Positions 10,466 through 19,989 of a stretch of DNA of 64,000 nucleotides are shown here, piece by piece (positions within the stretch are counted from its first letter, which is position 1; each line of letters opens with the position of its first letter). The stretch is from Perkinsus olseni (taxonomy: Eukaryota), in contig JABANN010000098.1 of the NCBI GenBank assembly GCA_013115125.1, positions 1 to 64,000 of the forward strand, given 5' to 3'. A model generated the notes under the pieces. It was given only the letters and a program-made list of their open reading frames with translations. It ran no database searches and was not told the DNA's origin. Both the position numbers and the translations under genes were made by a program.

Positions 10466-11905
10466 TTGCAGAGCTATGATGGCCAAGTGTCGGTTAAGGC
10501 TTTGCCCAACTACCCCTACCAGTTCATCATGACGGTGGAGTCGCCAGGGTCTAAACGCGTCGAGCACTTCTACGACCACAAGTCGTCTGTTCTCGCCCAC
10601 ACTCAAGTCCCCAGTCATGCTAGCCGCCTTCAGAATGCTGGTATTCACCCAGGTGATCTCGAAGCACAGGGGTGGACTCGTGAGGGTGTTGATAAGCAGA
10701 ATGGTGCTGTTGTGAGCAAATGGTCGAAGAAGGGTCCTGAAGGTGTTGACCCCAAGGATGGCACCAACTACACGGCTCTCTACCAGACCGGTCTCTTGCC
10801 CGATACCTGGGTTGTCTTTATCGACGAGAGCGCCCAGCAGCCTGTGAAGCTCCTGGCCATCAATACGTATGTTGGTAGCAAGGTCTTCCAGGAATCCATC
10901 TTCGGGCATGCTGCTCCTCTCGACAAAGAACTCAGCATCGAGTCGGCAGTCGAGGCTATGTATGATACCTACCGCATCGATTCCCATCACCATCCCGACG
11001 AAGCTCCCGTAAGAGAGGCCCCGTTCGTCATGACGGATTATATCGGCGGCGACCTCCTGGCCGAGAGATCTCGTGCTTTCTTTGAGGAACATGATGCAGA
11101 GGACTGGATGAGCGGGCCCCGATCTCTCCGACAGGGCACTGTGTCCCGAGGAATCAAGTACTTCACCATCGAGGAGAACTCCGCAGCCGACATCTACTTC
11201 CACGCTTCGAGACATCGGCATCTTGTCAAGATTGTCAGTTTTGAATTTCCTAAGGGATGCACTAGCGGGAAGTCTGCGAACCCTTCCGCGAAGTACTGCT
11301 TGGCTGCCTCCGTCGACGCGTCCCTCGACAAGTCGGTAACTGTCAAAGGCTTAATAAGCTTCACGGATGCCAACAAGCCCTCCGTCAAGGCCCACTTGAG
11401 CTTGTCAGTGAGCTTGAAGAAGGGTGGCGACGCACTCGTTCTCAACCTAGAGTTCGAGGCCGGTGGATGTGCTTTAGTTTTCCAATACGGTGAATCAGTG
11501 AGCCTCACTATCACCGTCTGCATCTCCGGTGCGGGCAGTGGCCAATCCCTTCTCCAACCCGATAATCGAACCTTCCATGGCGAAGTTGATGCCAGTGTCA
11601 GGTTCGATTTGAATCTACCTAAAGTTGGCAGTGTCATCCACTCAACCATCGAGGCTAAGGTCGGGTGTACGGCAAAACCCCATAATGTTATTTCGGCTTA
11701 TGGAGTGATCGGCACGGGGATCGATGTTAAGCTCGCCTCCGCTGGAGTAAGCCTTGATATCAAGGGGAACACTGTTGCTAACCTGGCCAACGAGTGGGTG
11801 TTCGTCTCTGGAGTTAATTTACATGCCTCCGTCGGAGTCTGGATCTTCAAGAAGACTTGGACAAAACGTTGGGTTCTGTGGCACGCGGGCCCCGTAAAGT
11901 TCTAA
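10466..11905 (+). CDS. Hypothetical protein (~480 aa, beta-rich C-terminal half); 5' end missing or on an unlocated exon
   Basis: Long uninterrupted ORF with coding-like codon usage. It is open from 10427 (APKKAYATSRDRLLQSYDG...) after a TAA at 10424-10426 and has no ATG at its start. A possible acceptor (ttttgcag) ends at 10471. Confidence 0.75.
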   Translation: MQSYDGQVSVKALPNYPYQFIMTVESPGSKRVEHFYDHKSSVLAHTQVPSHASRLQNAGIHPGDLEAQGWTREGVDKQNGAVVSKWSKKGPEGVDPKDGTNYTALYQTGLLPDTWVVFIDESAQQPVKLLAINTYVGSKVFQESIFGHAAPLDKELSIESAVEAMYDTYRIDSHHHPDEAPVREAPFVMTDYIGGDLLAERSRAFFEEHDAEDWMSGPRSLRQGTVSRGIKYFTIEENSAADIYFHASRHRHLVKIVSFEFPKGCTSGKSANPSAKYCLAASVDASLDKSVTVKGLISFTDANKPSVKAHLSLSVSLKKGGDALVLNLEFEAGGCALVFQYGESVSLTITVCISGAGSGQSLLQPDNRTFHGEVDASVRFDLNLPKVGSVIHSTIEAKVGCTAKPHNVISAYGVIGTGIDVKLASAGVSLDIKGNTVANLANEWVFVSGVNLHASVGVWIFKKTWTKRWVLWHAGPVKF

Positions 11906-12320
11906 AATGTTCACTGCCTTGCCCAGGTCTATGATGGGGTACAGCTTTAGTCATCAATTTTGCTAATTTTCCAGCTCCGCCGCAAAGCACGCTCGCTTGT
12001 CAAGCGTGTGATCTCAGAGAGGCCAGTGTAGAGATGACGCAGATTTGTCAGCGTCACTCAAGGTCTCAATCACATTCTTTTCTCTGGATCGATACATGTA
12101 GATAGCATTGGGCGGTTTAACTGGTGTGATTCGGCCCTTCACACGCAAAATGTCAGTTGTCTTGTATTTCAAGCTTTGAACCGTGTAGATAGTACTCCGC
12201 ATTTCAGAAGTTTTGTCTCCGGTCCATGAAGGAAGTCTCTATCAGTCTTGTTTATCTCAAAGTTTCAAGTCCTTTCTCAGTCATTTTAAGAGTTGCCTTC
12301 CGAAGTTCCGGTATCCAACG

Positions 12321-12487
12321 GCAAGTTTATCGAACCGGAAATGTAACGCTCGATCGCTTGGAAATCGTCGTAACGAATCAACTTAGCACCCACGATGGGG
12401 AGGATTCTGCGCGCCACCGGCTCGCTCGAACTCGGGAAACATGAACTCTTCCATTGTTCGGGCCATTAGCTCTCTGCGCCGTGTAGA
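12321..12487 (+). repeat. ~170-bp dispersed repeat, copy B (copy A at 5593-5760)
   Basis: Same colinear blocks as 5593-5760; lies ~185 bp upstream of the subtilisin ATG. Confidence 0.8.
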
Positions 12488-12671
12488 ATCTGAGGTGGAT
12501 TCGGCGAAACACTCTGCAAAGTATCGACTGGAACTCATGAAGGATTGTACAACTTCCACTTTTCTCTTCTTCCAGACACTCTGGTTCGTCGACCAGCCCC
12601 CGCAGTAGCCTCATCGCGAAGTGTTCGCAACAGTAGCCCAGTGTTAGCTCTTTCTCGCACGTGCTTCGATT

Positions 12672-13760
12672 ATGGCAGCGCGTCGTGCCAGGGGTATCTG
12701 GAAGCCAGCATCTCTGTGGGTTGCTTATCTTTGCGGAGCGCCGCTCAGCAGCTCGTCTGCGCTATGGCGAGCCACGTTCAAAGGAGGTACAAGCCTTAGG
12801 GCCCCTTCGAACGTGCTGAGTTACCCTCCCAACGATCCGCTGTTTCCCCACCAGAAAACTGTTTTTGAGGCCTTGCGTATTAAGGAGGTTTGGGAGGCGG
12901 TGACAGAGTCTGGTCTCCCACGGAAGAATGTCATCGTGACCATCATAGATACGGGGATAGCACCTGGACATCCTGAATTTGAAGGGAAGCTGCTGGAGGG
13001 ATACGACGCCTCTGGAGCATGGCCGGAGTCATTCACGGATCATAATGGTCACGGTACGGCGATGGCCGGTGTGCTCGGTGCAAACATCAACAATGGAGTC
13101 GGGATCGCTGGCATCGCCGACAAGGTCAGGATACGCCCTATAAGATTGACAGATCGAGCGACGGGACGTGCCACTGCTACGATGAAAGTGCGGAGCTGGG
13201 AGGCGGCCCTCAAGTTCAAGGATACCGACATAATAGTTTTTGCTTACGGGTCTCCCTTCACGCAAGATAACTCCCTATTCTATAAGCGTACTCTGGAGGA
13301 GGCTGTGAGGAAGGGAATCTTCGTCGTCACGGCTTCCTTCAACTCCGATACAAACGACACAACGGCGGTTCCCCTCCCGTGTTCTCTAGCTCATATTATA
13401 CCCGGAGTTCTTTGCGTAGCGGCAACGAGTGCACTGGAACCCACGCAACTTCTGGCAGAGCCATCAGAGCTCGCCAGCCTGGGATCGCCTGGCTCGGAAG
13501 TGTGGGCTCCGAGATCTCTCGATGAAGATCATTGGGTATATAAATTTAAAAAGTATAGGGGCTCATCGGTCGCCACAGCCGCTGTCGGTGGTCTAGTGGC
13601 GTTGATACGAAGTTTCAAGAACTTCAAGCCGGCGGAAATCGAGAGAATGCTTTTAAACTCCACGGAGGGCAGATGCAGAACGACGCAGGGTAAGGAGATG
13701 CTGTATGGTGTTCTTCGACCTGATCTCGCAATCAGGCAGGCGATAGCCTTGGCTCGGTAG
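12672..13760 (+). CDS. Subtilisin-like serine protease (peptidase S8), intronless
   Basis: PNDP motif, catalytic Asp (VTIIDTG), His (HGTAMAG), oxyanion Asn (TASFN) and Ser (RGSSVATAAVGG, variant of GTSMA). Confidence 0.92.
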   Translation: MAARRARGIWKPASLWVAYLCGAPLSSSSALWRATFKGGTSLRAPSNVLSYPPNDPLFPHQKTVFEALRIKEVWEAVTESGLPRKNVIVTIIDTGIAPGHPEFEGKLLEGYDASGAWPESFTDHNGHGTAMAGVLGANINNGVGIAGIADKVRIRPIRLTDRATGRATATMKVRSWEAALKFKDTDIIVFAYGSPFTQDNSLFYKRTLEEAVRKGIFVVTASFNSDTNDTTAVPLPCSLAHIIPGVLCVAATSALEPTQLLAEPSELASLGSPGSEVWAPRSLDEDHWVYKFKKYRGSSVATAAVGGLVALIRSFKNFKPAEIERMLLNSTEGRCRTTQGKEMLYGVLRPDLAIRQAIALAR

Positions 13761-15332
13761 TTGCAAATACCCGAATCTTCGATATTTTTCATTTACAGCA
13801 AGCGAGATTCCAGGTGTTGATAACCCGGAATATAAGTGTAACCCCGCTGGCCAATCTGTCATGGTTTGCTGTGTTGTTCACTTTAATACAGACGGTGACC
13901 TCGTATAGCGTGGATATTTGGGTTTCATCACCGAAGAAGACAGAACGGGTGAGGTGCCGTGGAAACCCAGCAACATCTGGAGATAATCGTCGTCTACCAT
14001 TGCTTAGTCTACCGTAGTTCGCTGTGTTACTCATGTTAATAACGAGTTGTCCTACAATACTTTGCGTTGTGCCTAGGAGAAGACCGGGGTGAGGGGCATC
14101 GAGACAACGCCATCGTCCATCGCGCAGTTGAGTCTGTAACTACCCCATGCTTTCTGCTCCCCTCGGGTGTCTCTCTTTTCCTGATGGTTGACGGTGGGGG
14201 CTCGCTCGTCCTGCTCCAGACGGCTTCCATTATTAAAGGGGCACCGAAGTCTCAAGTTAGGTTTGGGAGGCAGTTGATACTCGTACGGGTTGTCACGGCG
14301 ACAACACGACGATAAGGAAGATGAGATCCGCCACCTTGCTTACGGAATGATGTTTGCTTCATTCGTCGGACGAATTTCGTCCCAGTGAGGCGGCCCCGCT
14401 GAAGGACTCTACGAGATCGATCAGCGGTGTTTGGCAGGGCCTACCATTTTTGGTGGGGTTTCAGCTCCTCCCGTAAGGTTTGGGTTACTCATGATGCACG
14501 AGTAATCGGGAGTTTCTGTTCTTCGTTTTGTGCGATGCTCGAAGTGACTTCAAAAATTGTTTTGCCTCGGAGGTTTTCAGTCGGAAGAAAAAGGGCTCAT
14601 ACGACACTCCTACCCCACCCTTTAGGGAGGGACGGGTGGGTCAAAAACATCGACAGGACACCCGGCACTACCGTGCCAGACGCTGACCTCTCACGATGAA
14701 CGGCTCGGTGACCCACACCGCCCCGCACGCATACACACGATTGTCTCCTGCGGCGGACTACCGTGGATTTTCCTTCGGCACACGGAGTGTATCGATTACT
14801 AATTTCTTCGAAACGTGCACGCATTTCTCCGCTGACGCCCTCCCACGGAGGCCAACACGATGCTGCTTCCATCGGCCTGTCTCCATCTTTGTGTGCTAAT
14901 GTTGAGCGCTCCTCCGGTGGCTAGACGACACGATATGTTCTGACACTCGCTTCTTATTCGATATAATCTATTTTTTGACACCCGCGTTTCTCGCCGCGTT
15001 CGTGCTGATGGGGCTGTAAAATAGCTCGATCCGCCAAGGGTGGAATCTCGGGAGGGTTAATCTTGATAAGCGCTTGTTTCGCTGGTCGCTGTTATGCAAT
15101 GGAACTATTACGCTAGTAAGAAAGTAAACCGTCCCGTTGAGGGCTTTTTAAGTGGTGACACCTCTCGTTAACAGCGGTCAAAGACATGGTCAATGACCAT
15201 TGGTCATGTCTTTGACCTCAGTACACCTCTGTTGCGCCTTCGAAGGCCTAAAAACCATAGAGACTTTTGAAATAGCGACCAAGGCCCAGCGCCTTCTCTG
15301 CTAAAGTAGACCGTTTTTCTTATTCATTGATC

Positions 15333-18300
15333 ATGTCTCGCCCTTTCACTGACGATGACATTAAAGCTGTCCGCGACCTCTGTCCGATGGGTGAGTTGTC
15401 CTCCGCTGCTTTGCTTGCACGAGCTCCGCTCCGCGAGACGAAAAACATTCATTCTTCTTTCCCTGTCGCGTTTTTCTCGACAGGAATTTGGAGTCATTCG
15501 ATTAACATTGTGAACGGAGGAGCATGATTCTCAGATGTGTGCTTACCAGGATTCGAACCGGCGTGCCTCAGGTTCGGACAGTGACGTAGAGCTGGCATTA
15601 TGGCGGGCAAACGGCGACCGGAATGTGGCGGTGAATATGCTCTTATCCCAGCAGCCGAGACCCGCCGGAAGCGCGCCAGTTTTGTGGGTTTTGGAGGAGC
15701 ATAGTCGTCGGACTGTTTTCGATGCTTGCAATCCCTCAGGTATCCGAGTCGTCTGCAAGTGGCAGCGCCTACTGTCGCGGTGAGTCCCTCGGGGGAGGTG
15801 GCGGTGGTCGACGACTAGCAATTGTCTGCTTGGCAAGGTTTATTCTCATTTGCGCGCTCAGTCCCGTAGCTCGCCGCGAATCGCACCTTCACGTGGTTCG
15901 TGAAGTGTCGAGGATATGAGCCAGTCTTTAGTTCATGGTGTCCTTTCTAATGTGGACTACGCTTCCTCGAACGATAGCTCAACCACCTGGATTGTTGTTT
16001 GGTCGTCAAACGCGGCTTATTCTGTGCAGCTTCATGTACTTCCGTGCCCATTACCGTTGAGTGGACTTTCGGTGGAGCATTACAGTTTTCCAGGCTCAGT
16101 CAGTCCCTCGTGAACAAGCGGAGCGTAGCGCGGATATCAGATGTTGTTCGTGTCAAGAGATCATGACGGTCAGCGTTAGAGGGCCCCGTAAGTCCGAGGG
16201 ATTCAATTCGTTCGCGTCAAGTCTCTCCTCAGGTGACGAGTCGGTCGAGGCTGAGGCTGCTTGCCCTCGATGCCATCAGATGAACAGATTTGTATTGCCA
16301 GCCGAGAAAGTAAGTAAAAATGGCCAACCTGCAACGCTTCGCTCCGCTGTTCAGGCTGATTAGTCTCTCGATTTCAGGAGCCTGTTGTCGCGAGCGAGGC
16401 TGCTCCGTTCAAACCCTATCCGCAGCATATGTCTGCCAATTTTGAAGCTTCTGACGCGGCCCATGCTCCTCCACTAACGCCTCAGGTAAGGAGTGGTCCC
16501 TAAGAGTCTGAGGATCATGGGGTCGGATGGCGACCCAGAGTCACGCGCGATGACCTTGTCTCGTGACCGTTTGCTCTCAGAACGCCCCTTCTTCCTCGGT
16601 TATGGAGAGCCAAGGTCAGTTGGGTCTGCCGCAGAATATGCGAATACAGTCAGTTCAAGTTGGCACGTTGGTGCCTACTCTAACAGGTCAGTACCCTCGG
16701 TCGGTTTTCTAGGAAGGGCGGAACACGTACGAAGAGATTTTCAATCGTTCGACTCCAAAAATTTTGGCATAGTGCGGCAGTGTTCTCACAAGATTCTCGA
16801 GGCGGGACGATATGATGGCCGTTATGCCATAAGCTGAGCCCTCATACTATGAGGCTCATAGAATCTTAGGTCGATGCTAATAAGATGCAAAATAGGTCAA
16901 TATTGAGCACGTGCTGACTGCACAGCAGTCGGGCAACATCAGTAATGATGGTCGATCGGTGTGAAGGTTGTAGTTCTCCATCTCTCGAGACCACAAGTTC
17001 TATGACCCCTTCACCAATATCGCCTCTCTCGTCATCTCGGGTTGTGGCTGGATTCTTCGTCCCTCTTCAGGTGTCCAGAGGGCGCTTTTGGTCGGTATTA
17101 ACTATTACGGTTCCAATTGTGAGCTGTCGGGGTGCATACCGGATGTCCACAATATGAAGAGATTGTTGGTGGAGACCTACCATTGGAATCCGAATGATAT
17201 CAAACTCCTTACTGATGATGGACAGAACGAGGCGCCGACACGTAAGAAGCTCCCGGAGAGGCTCAGTATTCGTCCAGAGTCTGAGTGGTGCTTGGTGAAC
17301 GGAGTCTCTCTTCAGGAGAAAATATTATCCGTTCTATGCGCTGGCTGGTCCGGGACGCCAAGCCCGGGGATATATTCTTCTTCCATTACTCTGGCCACGG
17401 AGCCCAACAGGTGAGTAGGGGTTCTCTGGTGTAGTCGTGGCGGAGGTTGTGTGCAGGAAGACCCCTTACACCTTGAAGAGGACGGCATGAACGAGACCAT
17501 CATACCTGTTGATGTAAGATTCTATGCGAACCGCTTGCCGATCGTGACAAGTCGGTGAGAGACGGTCGTTTGCAACTTTTTCAATAATTGATCGTCTAAT
17601 TATTCAACCATTCGTTCGTCTTTTCGATTTGAAGCGCCGAATGATACTTGGATCAGAGTGTCCCTCTTGCACTTGCACGGCGATGGGGTTGGAGACAGGT
17701 ACAAAGATCGGGCCAGATTACGGATGATGTTATACATGAGATCTTGGTGGACCCTCTCCCCAGCGGTGCGAGGTTGACTAGCGTGATGGATTGCTGCCAC
17801 TCCGGGACAGGTGAGGGTGGGAAGAGGCATAGTGGCTGTACTGGACGGTATTTCCACGGACGGAATCACGTTTCTGTCGGGTGGGTGAATTTACATTCCT
17901 CGTGATAATTTCTGAAGAGCTTGGAGATGCTCGACGGATGGGCAGATTTCTGGCGTGTGGCATCGCTCGCCCGATATCGCCCAGAATCGTAGCTGCAAGA
18001 TGCTCTCCTATTCTGGTAGCACTATGATAGTGATAACAATGGTAAATGCTCGCTCAGTGGCTTCCACTGTATCGGTAGTATTGGTATTAGTCAATGATTA
18101 AGAGCTGATTATTGCCAATAATTTTTGGTCATTCTCTCAGTTGGAGTATATCTTCTCCACGGTTGTCTTTGAGTGGGTTTCTTGAGAGTCCTCGCCGTCT
18201 CGTATCAGGCATGGACCTACCCTTCACGTGGCTGGCCGGTAGGGGTTGGAAAGAAGATGTCAATCCATGGCACTCCAGAGGGGATGTAACCGGAACACTG

Positions 18301-19382
18301 TCGTTGTCGTAACTGGTGCAAGCTCGATGAGCTCTTCAGGTGCAACTCTTCAGTGGCTGTGATGATAGTCAGACTTCAGCAGACGCGGCGGCTGGGAATC
18401 TGAAGGGCGGAGCGATGACAACAGCTTTTTGTGAGTCCGTGTGTTATCTCGTAGACGATGAGAGACGTCCAGAGGGAGATAGGGCATTGATAGCTAGGGA
18501 CAGCTCTTGGTAGTGTGAGAATCGATGCGGCCTGGCTCGCTTTCGGGCACTGAGCTGACGAAACTCCCCTGAGATGGGAAAACTAAACTGTTTCATTTTT
18601 TGTGAGGGGGTTCATAATGATCTATAGGATTATAAAGTATACAGAATTGGTTCGGACTTCGATGTAAACGCTTTGGGATTTCGAAGTTCCAATTCTCACC
18701 GTGGCTCTACCCGACCGGTTGACGCGGCAGCCAGCTGTTGAGCACACACTGTTTCACTGAAACGGTTTTGCAGCTAATTATATTGAGACGGAGCGAAATC
18801 TTGCTCCATCATCGCGGTTCTTGCCTCGTCAGCCCGTGACAGATTTCATGTCAGGTAATGCTATAAGAAGTAACCCACAGGTGTCCTACACTGGCTTGAT
18901 CGAGGAGCTGGATATTGAGATGAAGAGAACGCATATGTCCCAGAGGCCGCAGCTCTCGACGTCCCAGGTCTTCCCTGTTGACAGGTCGGTCTTCGCGGCG
19001 ATTCGTCAGATTAGGGAGGAGGTGTTTTTTCAGGCCCTTCAATTTGACTGATATTTTACCTAATCAGAATCAGCATATCGGCCGAATAGTTCACAAGAAA
19101 TTCGAGGCGAGACCCAGCAAGCAGAAGAACTTCGCCCTGAACGCTCTCCTCGCCGGAGGCATTGGTCTGGCTGGAGGGATGCTGGTCGGTGACGCCATCG
19201 GCCACGCTCAGGACAGACGTCGGCGTCCAATTGTTGTGGAGCCTCGTCGCAGGCCTGTCGTCGTGGAGCCCCGCCGTAGACCGGTTGTTGTAGCTCCCGG
19301 TCGTCGTCCTGGTCCGGTGGTCATCGAGGGTCCGAGAGGCCGTTTTGGTGGCAAGGGAAAAGGCAAGGGCTTCCGATGGTGA
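15333..19382 (+). CDS. Metacaspase (peptidase C14B), copy 1, multi-exon
   Basis: Spliced exons give [11 protein letters not shown]...[17 protein letters not shown] (catalytic His, ~17375-17400), [23 protein letters not shown] (catalytic Cys, ~17790), [19 protein letters not shown] and QRPQLST. N-terminal UBA/CUE-like and CxxC..CPxC exons lie at 15333-16310. Stop at 19380-19382. Confidence 0.93.
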
Positions 19383-19989
19383 AGTTTCGCCAATTTTAAG
19401 TATATTTTACTGTGTTCTTTCGGCGGTGTTTTTCCAAAGATGAAATACCGCCATTACTCATATTCAACGTTGTTTAACTGCTCTCCTGTTGCCAGTTGGG
19501 AAGCGCGTCACCTCTTGTGACGCTCTCGTGTATTTAACATAAACTCTTCCCGTTTCCGCGGTCTGGTCTCTTTGGTTGATCGATGGGAGTGGGGTAGTCG
19601 TCTGAACTCACTCTTAGCTGATTCTCACATGTATATGCTCTCAACTGTGAAGAGTGACACTAGGCTAGTGTCAGGGGGACTGGCTGATCACAGAGAACAC
19701 AACACCCGGTTTTTGCCGTCGGGAATTCGATCTTAGACCTTCTGTCTTCGCATCATCGACGATTGAGCTTACTGTCATCGTGGCTTCTGATAGAAGCTAG
19801 ATAGAGCGATTTAGGGGCTCACAAGGGGGTTCGAGCCTCGGCCGGATGGCAGCCATTCGGCGTGTAAAGGGAACCGGGAGTATCAGTCATGGTCGGATCT
19901 CCGATGGGAGGACATACGATTTGATCTTGAAGCCTCTCGAAGCACCGATGGGTTTATCAGATTTGCTGTTGTAGTGTCTCAAAGTTTTC

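Noticed and set aside
10223-11649. Long minus-strand ORFs (332 aa and 151 aa)
   Set aside because: Antisense shadows of the plus-strand ORF at 10466-11905.
13900-14900. Scattered exon-like segments between the subtilisin and metacaspase 1
   Set aside because: I could not assemble a consistent reading frame or recognise a family.
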